Counted from the first letter of the stretch, positions 29,152 through 40,085 are shown. The stretch: 64,000 bases of DNA from an uncultured Nanoarchaeota archaeon (GCA_963743615.1 CAVUQF010000002.1:129697-193696); one strand, 5' to 3'. Made by a program: numbers and translations. Notes: generated by a model not told the origin, from the letters alone.

Positions 29152-30950
29152 ATTTTCTGAAATTTGCCTATGCGTTTACACTGGGAATAATTCTCATCGC
29201 TACGATTAGTGCAACTATTGTTACCGGAGGATTGTGGATTAATAATCAGCAAAGTATGAGCATAACCAGCGGGCAGAATGCAAACTTTAGTGCATATTTT
29301 GGGACAATTCCCTGGAATTCAATGACTGTAACTATAAAATTGTATGATGCAAATCATCACTTAATTTATACTTTTGAAAATAACAGAGCAATAAATTCGA
29401 ATACTTTTTCTAATACTTACTTGATAACTCCTGCAATCTATAAAAATGTCGGAGCTTACACTGTGGTTATTCAGGGAACGGATAATGATGGGACACAGTC
29501 ATACACACTAAGTCTTATTGTAAACCCCGTTCCAGATTCAATACCGGTAATATCTTCTTCTCCAATAACACAGGTTAATGAAGGAGCTGCATATTTATAT
29601 CAGGTAGTTGCATCTGATGCTGACGGAGATACTCTTGCTTATTCGCTTTCACAATCTCCATCATGGCTTTCAATAAATCCTTCAACAGGGCTTATATCAG
29701 GAACAGCACCATCAGTTACAGCAAACACAAATTACGCTGTTTCAGTAAATGTTTCAGACGGAGTTAACATTGTAACACAAAGCTACACTCTAACAGTAGA
29801 TTACATTGCTCCAGCAAATATTCCTCCGGTAATATCTTCTTCTCCAATAACACAGGTTAATGAAGGAGCTGCATATTTATATCAGGTAGTTGCATCTGAT
29901 GCTGACGGAGATACTCTTGCTTATTCGCTTTCACAATCTCCATCATGGCTTTCAATAAATCCTTCAACAGGGCTTATATCAGGAACAGCACCATCAGTTA
30001 CAGCAAACACAAATTACGCTGTTTCAGTAAATGTTTCAGACGGAGTTAACATTGTAACACAAAGCTACACTCTAACAGTAGATTACATTGCTCCGATTAT
30101 ATCTGATACAATTCCTCCAGTAGTTAATTTGATTTCTCCATCAAATAATTTTGATTCAAATAAGTCAATGCAGACATTTAATGCTAGTGCAACAGACAAT
30201 GTGGCCTTGTCAAATCTTACTTTATATATTTGGAACTCAACTGGCTTAGTATCTTCAAATACAAAATCAGTTACAGGAATTTCCAACTTAACTTCCTGGA
30301 TATTAAGTTTTGCTTCTGACGGGAATTATATCTGGAATGTTCTTGGTATGGATGCAGCAGGAAATGCCAATTGGAGCCAGCAGGGAAATTATACTCTTTT
30401 GATTGATACTACCTCTCCTCAGGTTCAGTTTGTTAACCCAACTCCAAGTGAAAATTCTGTTTTAACGTCTACAACCATCTCTGCAAATCTCACAGCCTTA
30501 GATCTTCTTAGCGGGCTGGACACTCTTAATATTTATCTTTATAACTCAACAAGCATAATAGGCAATGTAAGCAAGGATTCATCTCCATTTGCTTTCAATT
30601 TCATTAATCTTCAACCAGGGGTTTATTATCTTAATGCTACAGCAATGGACAACTTTGGAAATATGAATTCAACTCAGACACTAACTATTACTCTCCAGAG
30701 TTCTTCTCTCTCTCCTGAGACTCCGATTTCCTATTCAGCAAGCCCATACACTTATACAGATGTATACGGCCCCCAATATCCCCAGCAGCAGATAAATAAT
30801 AACGCTCCCTCTGAATCATCAACTGGAGAGGTATTACCTCAAACGCAGTCCTCTCAAGGATATGTTGTTGTATTAATAATTGGAACAATACTTATTGCAC
30901 TCGTTCTGATAGCAACAATTGTAATAGCTGCAAGAAGATTAAAGAGATGA
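29148..30950 (+). CDS. cell-surface adhesin-like glycoprotein with tandem cadherin/He_PIG Ig domains and a C-terminal TM
   Basis: DADGDTLAYSL...WLSINPSTGLISGT twice; many NxS/T sequons. Confidence 0.85.
   Translation: MNFLKFAYAFTLGIILIATISATIVTGGLWINNQQSMSITSGQNANFSAYFGTIPWNSMTVTIKLYDANHHLIYTFENNRAINSNTFSNTYLITPAIYKNVGAYTVVIQGTDNDGTQSYTLSLIVNPVPDSIPVISSSPITQVNEGAAYLYQVVASDADGDTLAYSLSQSPSWLSINPSTGLISGTAPSVTANTNYAVSVNVSDGVNIVTQSYTLTVDYIAPANIPPVISSSPITQVNEGAAYLYQVVASDADGDTLAYSLSQSPSWLSINPSTGLISGTAPSVTANTNYAVSVNVSDGVNIVTQSYTLTVDYIAPIISDTIPPVVNLISPSNNFDSNKSMQTFNASATDNVALSNLTLYIWNSTGLVSSNTKSVTGISNLTSWILSFASDGNYIWNVLGMDAAGNANWSQQGNYTLLIDTTSPQVQFVNPTPSENSVLTSTTISANLTALDLLSGLDTLNIYLYNSTSIIGNVSKDSSPFAFNFINLQPGVYYLNATAMDNFGNMNSTQTLTITLQSSSLSPETPISYSASPYTYTDVYGPQYPQQQINNNAPSESSTGEVLPQTQSSQGYVVVLIIGTILIALVLIATIVIAARRLKR
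29544..30094 (+). repeat. intragenic direct repeat, 2 x 269 bp, period 282 bp
   Basis: 29544-29812 and 29826-30094 are identical by eye. Confidence 0.9.
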
Positions 30951-30951
30951 A

Positions 30952-32550
30952 TTAGTAATCGTTCATATTGAGGTGTGTATCGCTTTTTTTGCCCTTTGAT
31001 CCTGCGATAACATCGTCTATTCTCAATATCATTATTGCAACTTCGCTCGCGGAATTTATTGCCTGGCTTTTTATCTTTGATGGTTCAACTATTCTTGCCT
31101 TCAATGTATCCTCAATCTTGTTTGTAAATAGATTAAGGCCAATGTTTTTCTGTCCAGAATCATGAAGAAATTTAAGTTCGGTAAGAATATCAATTTGATC
31201 AAGCCCAGCGTTTTCAGCAAGTGTTAAAGGGATAAATTCTAAAGCTGATGCAAATTCATCAACTGCAAGCTGCTCTCTTCCACTAAGTGTCTGCCCAAAC
31301 TGCCTAAGTCTTCTCGCAAGTTCAATCTCTACAGCCCCTCCTCCGGGAACAATTTTTCCGGAATTTAAGCAGCAGATAACATCTCCAAGCCCATCCTTCA
31401 TCGCCCTCTCAATCTCATCAATAACATGCTCACTTCCTCCATGAATTAAAATGGTCATTGATTTTGGATTCTGGCATCCCTTTACATAAGTCAGAACTGA
31501 ATCTCCATGCTTTTTCTCCTCGACAACATCAGCATTTCCTAGCTCTTGAGAGCTCAATTCATTAAGATTATTTACAATTTTAGCTTTTGTTGCCTTTGAG
31601 ATTTTTTCCATATCATCTTTTGCAACTCTTCTGCATGCAAATATACCTTCCTTTGAAAGCAGATACTCCGCAAAATCGTCAATTCCTTTCTGGCAGAATA
31701 CGACATTAGCTCCTGAAGATTTTATCTTGTTAATCATGGATTTTATTGACTCTTCTTCCTGTTCAATGAAGCTTCTCAATTGTTCAGGAGAAGATATTGA
31801 AACCTTAGTATCAATTTCAGGATTCTTTAACTCGAGAGGGAATCCAACAAGGGCAATTTTTGCATTCTTCACAAAAGAGGGCATGTCATGTGAAATTTTT
31901 TCTTTTTCAAATACAATCCCGGAGATCAATTCGCTATCCTTTATTCCGTCACCTTTTACTTTTTCGATTTTAATATCTTTTATATCAACTTTGCCATTTT
32001 CCTGAATTTGCTTCACTGCTTTTACAAGAATCTCTGCGAATCTTTCCCTTGAATCTTCGGCCCCTTTTCCAGTCATTGCGGTCATGGCAATCTGCTTAAG
32101 AATATTTTCATCTTGAGGAGTTATTTTTATGGAGATATCATTGAGTATTTTTTGGGACTTTTCTGCTGCAAGCCTGTATCCTTTGGTTATAACAGTAGGG
32201 TGTATCTTTTGATCGAGAAGTTTTTCAGCATTTTCAAGAAGTTTTCCTGCAATCATGACTGCCGTTGTTGTTCCATCTCCTATCTCGTCCTCCTGTGTTC
32301 TTGCGATTTCCACCATCATCTTTGCAGCGGGATGCTCTATCTGCATTTCTTCAAGAATTGTAACTCCATCATTAGTGATGATAATTTCATCTGTAGGGGA
32401 GACAATCATTTTATCCATTCCTTTGGGTCCAAGAGTCGTTTTTACAACCTCTGCAACCATTCTTGCAGCCTGAATATTATTCCTTTGTGCATCCTTTCCT
32501 ATAAGTCTTTGAATATCTTCTGGCATTAATACAATTGGTTTATCTGTCAT
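30952..32550 (-). CDS. thsA: thermosome subunit (group II chaperonin)
   Basis: [32 protein letters not shown]. Confidence 0.95.
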   Translation of the reverse strand: MTDKPIVLMPEDIQRLIGKDAQRNNIQAARMVAEVVKTTLGPKGMDKMIVSPTDEIIITNDGVTILEEMQIEHPAAKMMVEIARTQEDEIGDGTTTAVMIAGKLLENAEKLLDQKIHPTVITKGYRLAAEKSQKILNDISIKITPQDENILKQIAMTAMTGKGAEDSRERFAEILVKAVKQIQENGKVDIKDIKIEKVKGDGIKDSELISGIVFEKEKISHDMPSFVKNAKIALVGFPLELKNPEIDTKVSISSPEQLRSFIEQEEESIKSMINKIKSSGANVVFCQKGIDDFAEYLLSKEGIFACRRVAKDDMEKISKATKAKIVNNLNELSSQELGNADVVEEKKHGDSVLTYVKGCQNPKSMTILIHGGSEHVIDEIERAMKDGLGDVICCLNSGKIVPGGGAVEIELARRLRQFGQTLSGREQLAVDEFASALEFIPLTLAENAGLDQIDILTELKFLHDSGQKNIGLNLFTNKIEDTLKARIVEPSKIKSQAINSASEVAIMILRIDDVIAGSKGKKSDTHLNMNDY

Positions 32551-32692
32551 TTTTAAGATTCTGCTATGTAGTAATCCCCAATGTTCTCTATTTAAGAATT
32601 ATTGTAGTGAAAAATATCCGAACAGGAATATCTGCACACGCTTCTTTAATACAGGAGAATATTTAAATAATCTCCCTATCTTTTATAAAAAG

Positions 32693-33202
32693 ATGGCTGA
32701 AGAAGAAACAATTTTTTCAAGCAAGGTGAAATATGATGGAATTTTCACGTTCAAGGATTTCTATAAGTTTTGCTACGATTGGCTTACTGAAGAAACAGGA
32801 CTAAATGAATTTTCTGAAGGGAAGTATGCAGAGAAGTTAACAGGAGATATAAAAAACATAGATATCGAGTGGGAAGGTATGAAAAAGATTACGGATTATT
32901 TCAAAGCAAAGGTCAAGATAGTATTTGCAATAAAGAATTTAGCTCAGATTAAAATAAAGAAAGAAGGAATTGAAGTTGATGCAAATAAGGGAAGTGTCGA
33001 GATAAAAGTTAAGGGGATAATTATAACGGATTATCAGGGAAAGTTTGAAATGACTGCATTCAAGAAATTTTTAAGAAGTATTTATGAAAAATATGTGATC
33101 GTTTCGATGGTTAAGGAAATGAAGAGGAGAATCGTGGAAGATTGCGACGAATTTTTGGGTCAGGCAAAGGCGTATCTGGATTTAGAAGGAAGAAAAGGAT
33201 AA
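32693..33202 (+). CDS. hypothetical protein
   Basis: 169-aa ORF with TATA box upstream. Confidence 0.7.
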   Translation: MAEEETIFSSKVKYDGIFTFKDFYKFCYDWLTEETGLNEFSEGKYAEKLTGDIKNIDIEWEGMKKITDYFKAKVKIVFAIKNLAQIKIKKEGIEVDANKGSVEIKVKGIIITDYQGKFEMTAFKKFLRSIYEKYVIVSMVKEMKRRIVEDCDEFLGQAKAYLDLEGRKG

Positions 33203-33248
33203 ATTTTCATACCGAAATACTTAAATAGAAATATTTTGTAGTTTTCAC

Positions 33249-34628
33249 ATGAAAAAGGTGATTTTACTGTTTTGTTTGGCTGTTTTCATTCTTCCAGCGA
33301 TATATGCATTGGACCTTAATGTGACCACAAACAGTACAAATGTTGTTCTTATAAATAATGTTAATGAACCCGCAGTCTTTAATTTACAGGTTACAAACAA
33401 TGGAATGCCGGATAATCTTCAATTTTATAATCTCCTTGGATTTAACATGTTCCCGGAAGGGACTGTGCCAATTCAGTTGGGTCAAACTATAAATGTTCCC
33501 CTTATGATTTATCCAAGACCTGATTTAAACTACAACGGATTCTATATTTTCAATTATATTATCCAGGGGCAGGCCGGTGACCAGCTTCCAGAGTCAGTTA
33601 ATTTCAAGATAATAAATCTGCAGGATGCATTTAACATTGGTGCCTCCGAAATTGATCCACAATCTGATTCGATAACGATTTTTCTAAAGAACAATGTAAA
33701 TTTTAATTTTGCAAATATCAATGCTACTTTCAATTCCCCATTCTTCACAGATTCTGAAAAGTTTTCACTTGCTCCTTACGAGGAAAAGGATTTTCAAATT
33801 ACACTTAATAAGGATCAGTTCAAAAGCTTGCTTGCAGGATTTTACACACTATCCTCAGAAATAACAACTGGGGGACAAACAGTAACAGTTCAGGGAAACA
33901 TAAACTTTTCCGAGAAAAATATACTTAATGTAAGCCAGAATACAAAGGGATTTTTGATACTTACAATGTTGATGCAGAAGACGAATAATGGAAATGTGGT
34001 CGTAAATTCTCAAACTGTAATAAAAAAGAATATTATCTCTAGACTTTTTACGACATTTAGCCCTGAACCAGACATGGTAAACCGACAGGGATTGCTCGTT
34101 TATTATACTTGGGAAAACCAGATAGAACCTGGAGACACTTTAACTATAACTACAACAACGAATTGGCTTCTTCCTTTGTTCATAGTCTTATTTGTCATAG
34201 CAATAATTATCCTTGTAAAACAATACTCTAAGACCGCACTAAGCCTTGAGAAGAGAGTGTCATATGTGAGAGCAAAAGGTGGAGAATTTGCCTTAAGAGT
34301 TAATGTCACGGTAAAGGCAAGGAAGTTTGTTGAAAAAGTTACGGTTACAGAGAGACTTCCTCTTCTTGTAAAACTTTATGAAAAATTCGGAGCAGAGAAG
34401 CCAGTAAGAATAGATGAAAAGAGCAGAAGAATTGAATGGCACTTTGATAAACTCCTTCCAGGAGAAATGAGAACTTTAAGTTATATAATTTATTCGAAAG
34501 TTGGAGTATTGGGGAGATTTGCCCTTCCAGTAGCAAGAGCTGTTTACCAGAGAGAGGGAAAAGTTTACGAAGCCGGATCAAATCAAGCTTTCCTTGTAAC
34601 AGAGCAAAGTGTTAGGGAAGAAAAGTAG
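33249..34628 (+). CDS. membrane-anchored Ig-like surface protein with a cytoplasmic Ig-like C-terminal domain
   Basis: Signal peptide, beta-rich ectodomain, central TM. Confidence 0.7.
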   Translation: MKKVILLFCLAVFILPAIYALDLNVTTNSTNVVLINNVNEPAVFNLQVTNNGMPDNLQFYNLLGFNMFPEGTVPIQLGQTINVPLMIYPRPDLNYNGFYIFNYIIQGQAGDQLPESVNFKIINLQDAFNIGASEIDPQSDSITIFLKNNVNFNFANINATFNSPFFTDSEKFSLAPYEEKDFQITLNKDQFKSLLAGFYTLSSEITTGGQTVTVQGNINFSEKNILNVSQNTKGFLILTMLMQKTNNGNVVVNSQTVIKKNIISRLFTTFSPEPDMVNRQGLLVYYTWENQIEPGDTLTITTTTNWLLPLFIVLFVIAIIILVKQYSKTALSLEKRVSYVRAKGGEFALRVNVTVKARKFVEKVTVTERLPLLVKLYEKFGAEKPVRIDEKSRRIEWHFDKLLPGEMRTLSYIIYSKVGVLGRFALPVARAVYQREGKVYEAGSNQAFLVTEQSVREEK

Positions 34629-34676
34629 ATACTAAGCTTTTATAAGAATCTTTAAAATATGTTATAGTTACTTCTG

Positions 34677-34695
34677 ATATCCCTGCATAGCTCAG
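34677..34695 (+). repeat. outer att-like copy of the tRNA-Tyr 5' end
   Basis: ATATCCCTGCATAGCTCAG matches 40779-40797 at 18/19. Confidence 0.8.
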
Positions 34696-35018
34696 GGAAT
34701 GATCTCTAAAATAGCATATATAGGATAATGGTCCGACGCCTTCTTAGAGTTAAATTTCATATAATTTTAATCTCTCAATTATATATAAAATCTTAGCTGA
34801 TTATAATATTTATCAAGATGGTTCCAAAAACTATCAAAATCCAAACTTTTAAATATAAATTTGTTAACTAGATATAGTTTTAAGGCATTAAAAATACCCA
34901 AAACTTAATAACTGACAACCCCATAAGTTGCCAAATCAAATCCCCGCATAGCTCAAGGGAACACATATTACAAACCTTATGCGGTTAGTTTTATAAAGAC
35001 TAAATCCTCTTTTATCCT

Positions 35019-36179
35019 ATGCTTAAAGAATATCCTCAATTCAAGAAAGGAGAAGTAGAAGAAGTTTATAGCAGACTCTCAAAATCTGAAAAGGAATTAT
35101 TGAAAGATTATCTGACTTATAGAAAAGCCAGAGGGTTAAAATCGGATGACAAGGTTAATGATGTAAGAAGATATATACTTCACTTAAGGTATATTTTTGA
35201 TAAGGATTTCAAAAAAGTTGATTTGAAAGACTTGAGAGAGATCCTCTCAATTATTAATAGCTCCAAATTATCCGGTAATGTCAAGAACCATATTAAAACA
35301 GACTTGCAGAATTTCTTAAAATATCTGTTTCCTGATTGGAGTATTAAGTTTTCTAATTTTGATGATGTAAGATTGGGAACTTCCCGAAATGAAGAAAAGA
35401 TAAATTCTTCTACAATTTTCAGCAAAGAAGATATAGAAAATTTAATGAAGCACGAAACTTCTCTTTTTTGGAAAGCCTTTTTAATGCTACAATATGAGGG
35501 AGGACTAAGAACTATTGAAGCTCGAACTATTGAATGGAACAAGATCAAATTAGATGTTGATAAGGGAATTTCTGAAATAAATGTCTTTGCTTCCAAAACA
35601 GAACACGCTCGAACTATATTTGTTAAAGAAGCTACTTATTATTTGCAGAGGTTAAAAGAAGAGCAAGAGAATACTAAGGATAAAGGAATTTATGTTTTTC
35701 ATTCTAAGTCCGATAAAAATAAGCCGATAGATAAAGGCTCGGTTTCTATATGGTTTAGAAATCTAACAATGAAAGCATTAGGGCGTGAAGGCTGGGCTTA
35801 CTTGCTTAGACATTCAAGAGCTACGGAACTCTATAAATTGGCTGATGAGAACAAGATATCCAAAGAAACTGCAATAAAATTTATGGGACACTCTAAGGAT
35901 ATGAGCGCAACTTACACGCATTTGAATAAAAAAGATGTTGAGGATATGCTGAAAAACCAAGTCTATCATATCGAGGAATTAAGTCCTAAAGAAGAAAACA
36001 AGTTAAAGAAAATAGAGAAAGAACTTTCTGAACTTAAAGAAAAGCAAAAATTAGTAGATAAATTCTTAGAAGAAATGAAGCCTTTTCTCGAAGCTAAAAG
36101 AAAAGTTATTAATGGAAAAGAATATTTAGTAATGCCTCCACAAAAGAGGGCTAATAAAGAGGGGGAGAAGAATGGCTGA
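35019..36179 (+). CDS. tyrosine recombinase/integrase
   Basis: GGLRTIE (R), ASKT (K), YLLRHS (HxxR variant), FMGH, ATYTH (Y). Confidence 0.92.
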   Translation: MLKEYPQFKKGEVEEVYSRLSKSEKELLKDYLTYRKARGLKSDDKVNDVRRYILHLRYIFDKDFKKVDLKDLREILSIINSSKLSGNVKNHIKTDLQNFLKYLFPDWSIKFSNFDDVRLGTSRNEEKINSSTIFSKEDIENLMKHETSLFWKAFLMLQYEGGLRTIEARTIEWNKIKLDVDKGISEINVFASKTEHARTIFVKEATYYLQRLKEEQENTKDKGIYVFHSKSDKNKPIDKGSVSIWFRNLTMKALGREGWAYLLRHSRATELYKLADENKISKETAIKFMGHSKDMSATYTHLNKKDVEDMLKNQVYHIEELSPKEENKLKKIEKELSELKEKQKLVDKFLEEMKPFLEAKRKVINGKEYLVMPPQKRANKEGEKNG

Positions 36180-36593
36180 AAGAAATGATAATACGCTCAT
36201 TGGAGGAATAATAGCCTTGTTTATAGGAATAATCTTAGCCTTGGCTTTTTTTCCTATAATAACAAATTCCAATGGTCAAGAAACAGGAACATTTTCAGTA
36301 ACTAACCAGACGTTCAACATAACATCTGCTTACAATGCTACGGGAGTAATTCCCAATAGCACGATACTAACGCGCTCTTGACCTTGAATGGAGCAAACGT
36401 TCAGGGAGGTTTCTCCAATATTTTTGTAGGAAACCAGACTAGAAATATAACCAGTGGAGATTATACTGTAACCGAACCAACAACAATAGGGCAGAACGGA
36501 TATATCCAAATCCTGAATACTTCAATAACTAACGGACTTGGAAACGGCTCTTTGATATCATTATGGTATCAGTATAATATGGTTGGTAATTGA
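36172..36593 (+). pseudogene. membrane glycoprotein resembling spindle-shaped virus capsid proteins, frameshifted
   Basis: IGGIIALFIGIILALAFFPII N-terminal helix; ORFs 36172..36381 and 36378..36593 join by a -1 shift near 36362. Confidence 0.5.
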
Positions 36594-37290
36594 CTCTCGT
36601 TCTGAATTATCTCAAAAAGTGAGAGTTAGCAAAAAGAGGCTTTTAAGTCTTGTAGATTTTGAATTTTGAACAGCATGCAGGGGATTATGCCAAATCAAAC
36701 GGGCGTATATTTAGTTTCAAATTTGTTCGTTAATATTGCCAGATAATTCGGGGGGGGGTTTGTTTTTCCATCCTATGAACTCCTTTGGTTTTTTTCTCTT
36801 CTTGCCTTCTTTCGTTCCCTCGAAGATATCATACATTCGATTTATCTTCTCGCTTGATGAAAGCTCTTCTTTTGGTTCTTTTTCATCTTTGTTATGATCT
36901 ATTATTTCCTTCTCTCAGAAGCTCAGCGCAGACTGCTCGCTGTTTCCACCTCCTTTTTTATGGAACCACCCCTTGTTCTCTTTTTGATCTATCTTTCCAG
37001 GCAGCCTTGCCTGAAGGCTCTTTCTTTCGGATATTGCAAGCATAAGCAGGAATCTTCCTTAGCTCCATTACTTCTTTTAGGACGCCTTGATTATTGTTCC
37101 AGGCAGAGGCGAAGCTCTGCTCAGTTACATTTTCTTCCATACTATGAGTGTTAAATCAATATTAGCAACCATCAATAACAGCATTTTACTGCAACCTCCT
37201 CCTTTCACCAATCTTTCGCCATAAAATTCCATATCCTCTTCCCGAATTTTGTCAAGTAAACCTGCTAAAAAAAAATTATTTTGCTCCATC

Positions 37291-37545
37291 CTATTGAATT
37301 TTCCTCAGGTTTTTGATTGTTTGATCCAGTTCGCCTGCTGCAATGCGGAGATGTGAAAGCCAGGAGATATCCTGGCGCAAATCCGGGGTAGTTATCTTCC
37401 GAATTGTTTCCCGGGCGGATTTTATTATGACTAAATTTTCTTCAGCACAAGAAATATAATTTTCTAGTTCCTCACCTTCTACTTCTTCTGGCTCGGCCAA
37501 TAAATCAGAGTTTATAGCTTCTGGGATTTGAGGTTCTTCAGACAT
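37291..37545 (-). CDS. hypothetical coiled-coil protein of the element
   Basis: Start reassigned to MSEEPQ, overlapping the upstream stop. Confidence 0.55.
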   Translation of the reverse strand: MSEEPQIPEAINSDLLAEPEEVEGEELENYISCAEENLVIIKSARETIRKITTPDLRQDISWLSHLRIAAGELDQTIKNLRKIQ

Positions 37546-37714
37546 CTCTAAATCCCCCACTTTTGATACAGGCTGCAACATAACGGATTATTCTTTTGGA
37601 GATTGAGATAAATTCAGAGCTAAATCCGGCATTCAATAATTCCTGATAACCACAGCCATTTTCAATAGCCCTAATGCAATTAAGGACCCTTTCGGGAGAG
37701 CTTAAATCATTCAT
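37538..37714 (-). CDS. small hypothetical protein (58 aa), not in the ORF track
   Basis: MNDLSSPERVLNCIRAIENG...GFRDV; ATGA-coupled to the helicase stop. Confidence 0.55.
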   Translation of the reverse strand: MNDLSSPERVLNCIRAIENGCGYQELLNAGFSSEFISISKRIIRYVAACIKSGGFRDV

Positions 37715-39311
37715 TTTAGAGCCTCCTCCATTTCTGCAATAGAATTATAGCCCAAAAGTTTAGCCTGTTCTAACTTTAAGTCATCTAAAGAGTTAGACGG
37801 ATTAGACACTTCTGTTTTTATTATATCTAATGACTCCTTATATATATGACCATTACTCATATTATTTTTAGATGTGTCTAAAGTGTCTAATTTCTTCTTC
37901 CATTCTGACTTTAAGATTACATTATCCCAAAATCGAATTTTTTCATTTGCTTTAGGAACTAAATAAGTAATTTTCGTGTTTAATCTCCGACCTAATTGCT
38001 CTTTGCTTAAAAGCGGCTTTTTATTTTCGTTAGCCCATAAAGAATAAACTAAATACATTTCTTCTTTAGTTATCTTTTTGGTTTTCATCATTTCCAAACA
38101 TTCTGCCCCAAACTGAATTAAAGGATCTCCCGACATTTCCATAATTGTTTTTACTTCTTCGGGAGTTTTTTTATAAGAAAATTCCCCTTCTTCTAAAAGT
38201 CGATACAATCCCTCCAAAGCCCAATTAAGAATTCCTGAAAGTTCTTTTTTTATTTTGTCATTCAAAAATAAATCTTTTTTTTCAGGCAGATTGTCATATC
38301 TCAAAACTATCCAGCGGGAATAATAAGCCATATCATCATTATCTTTAACAGGGGGAATTTTGTTTGTGGCAAAAGTCAATTTAGCATAATTTTCAAATTG
38401 GGAATAATCCCGAACTTTTCCTCGCCGCTAATGAAACCGCCGCCTGTTGCAACCTTAAAATTTCCGCCATCATTCAAATCCTTGCTGCTTAAATCATCAT
38501 AAATGTTGGAATACTTATCCTTTAAGGATAATCTATTAAAATCCGTTCCATTGCTGATTTTTTGGAGGCTTAATCCAGTTTTATTAAATTCTCCGATGAA
38601 AGAAGTGAGAGCATTAAGGGTTATTGTTTTTCCCGTATCTTTTTCCCCAAAAATTATGAGGGCTTTTTTAATCAGATATTTCCTATAAAGTTGAAACCCA
38701 AACCATTCCTGAAGAACAGGAACATCCTCAGGGTATAATGATTCTTCAATGAATTTCAACCAATTCGGACAAACAGCTGACGAATCATACTCGATGGGAA
38801 TTATATTCTTAAAATGATTTTTAGGAGAGTGAGGATCTAAACTTTTAGTTGCGAAATTAAAAATCCCATTAACAAGAGGAAGGCAGTTAATATTTGTTTT
38901 ATCAAATTCTTCCTGCGTTATATGATTTCTTCGCTTAATTTTTGCGATTATTTCACTAACAGGATTAATTTTTGCGAATTTTCCCAGAATTTCCTCACAC
39001 TTTTTTTTAACAAAGCTCTCTGCCATGTAATCCCAAGTTTTTCCATTAAAGATCATCAAAGTTTCTTTTGTCTTTCCAATAATCGTTAGAAGAGAGTGAT
39101 TTTCACAGAGATAATTAGCCAGAGAATCAATATCTATGAAATATTGCTGTAATTTTTTACTCCAAACAACAAAATTAGATTCTTCTTTTTTGTCCAGAGC
39201 AATATATTCCTCTCCATTCTCATTTTTCTCTATGGTTGCAGCTCTGCCTCTACTTTCCTGAAGTTTTCGCAAGGCTTCCAATTCTTCATGAGTAAGCTTT
39301 TCTTCAGGCAT
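37711..39311 (-). pseudogene. P4/D5-family superfamily 3 helicase, split by a 1-nt frameshift
   Basis: NGIFN, Walker A GEKDTGKT, Walker B IYDD, motif C TFATNKIP; adding one G at 38409-38411 restores EEKFGDYSQFENYAKLTFATN. Confidence 0.85.
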
Positions 39312-39573
39312 TCTTAGCGCCCCCTAAAATTAGTTTTTCTTTAGTTCCTATGCTTAAATTTTGAGAAATTTTGAAAGATTTTTCATTATTTGAAGAATAA
39401 TCCCTAAACCTAAACTTTCTGATTTTTCCATGCTTCTTAGCGCATGGTTGACAGCAGAAGCAATCTTCCCCTGTTTTATTATCTAACAAGCAGCCGAAAG
39501 TTAAGTTATAACAGAACCAACAGCGGCCCGGAATCTCATCATCTACAATCTTGAAATAAGAGAAGTGCTTCAT
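39304..39573 (-). CDS. small Zn-finger protein
   Basis: CWFC...CCQPC; overlaps both neighbours. Confidence 0.65.
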   Translation of the reverse strand: MKHFSYFKIVDDEIPGRCWFCYNLTFGCLLDNKTGEDCFCCQPCAKKHGKIRKFRFRDYSSNNEKSFKISQNLSIGTKEKLILGGAKNA

Positions 39574-39749
39574 CTTGAAACCTCCCTAATAGCTAAAATA
39601 TAACTTTCTTTTAGAGTTATTAAATACCCCAACTTATCTTTTATAACAAGTTCTTCTTTAGATGTTTCAGGAAGAACAAAGCCGAGATAATAATTTCCGT
39701 TTGGGATCTCAACCTTAACCCATTTACCGACATACAAACTAAAATCCAT
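39570..39749 (-). CDS. Sm/LSm-like small protein (59 aa), not in the ORF track
   Basis: VGKWVKVEIPNGNYYLGFV...LVIKD...ILAIREV; ATGA-coupled to the next gene. Confidence 0.6.
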   Translation of the reverse strand: MDFSLYVGKWVKVEIPNGNYYLGFVLPETSKEELVIKDKLGYLITLKESYILAIREVSR

Positions 39750-39763
39750 GAAAAAAGTTAATC

Positions 39764-39925
39764 CTAAGGATTACCCTCCTCTTTTAGAATCTTCTTAGCC
39801 CCTTTTAGAGAATTTAATCTGATAAGAACAGCTCTCTTTAATCCTGATATTTTAGAAGCTTGGTCTAATATAGAAATTTCTTCAGGAGTAAAATTTGTTA
39901 GAATATGAATTGTGCGAAAAACCAT
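39764..39925 (-). CDS. ribbon-helix-helix (CopG/MobC-like) regulator (53 aa), not in the ORF track
   Basis: MVFRTIHILTNFTPEEISILDQASKISGLKRAVLIR. Confidence 0.65.
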   Translation of the reverse strand: MVFRTIHILTNFTPEEISILDQASKISGLKRAVLIRLNSLKGAKKILKEEGNP

Positions 39926-40085
39926 ACTGAGAGGTCAGCTAATAAAAATTAGACTTGACTTCTCAACTCCTCTAAAATAGAAAATCTTGCGGTTTTCATA
40001 ATATCCATTATAATGTATTCTTTAAATATTTTTCTATCTTTTGAAAGAAGAAATAGTTTTTTAAAATTAGTTTCTATAAAAGTAA

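Noticed and set aside
34696..34932. Replication origin in the AT-rich gap
   Set aside because: No ORB-like repeats or adjacent cdc6/orc1; better explained as a remnant between att copies.
36600..37290. ORFs 36785..37045, 36894..37154, 36958..37140 and the G9 run at 36750-36758
   Set aside because: Fragmentary frames with stops; looks like decayed element sequence, and no product can be supported.
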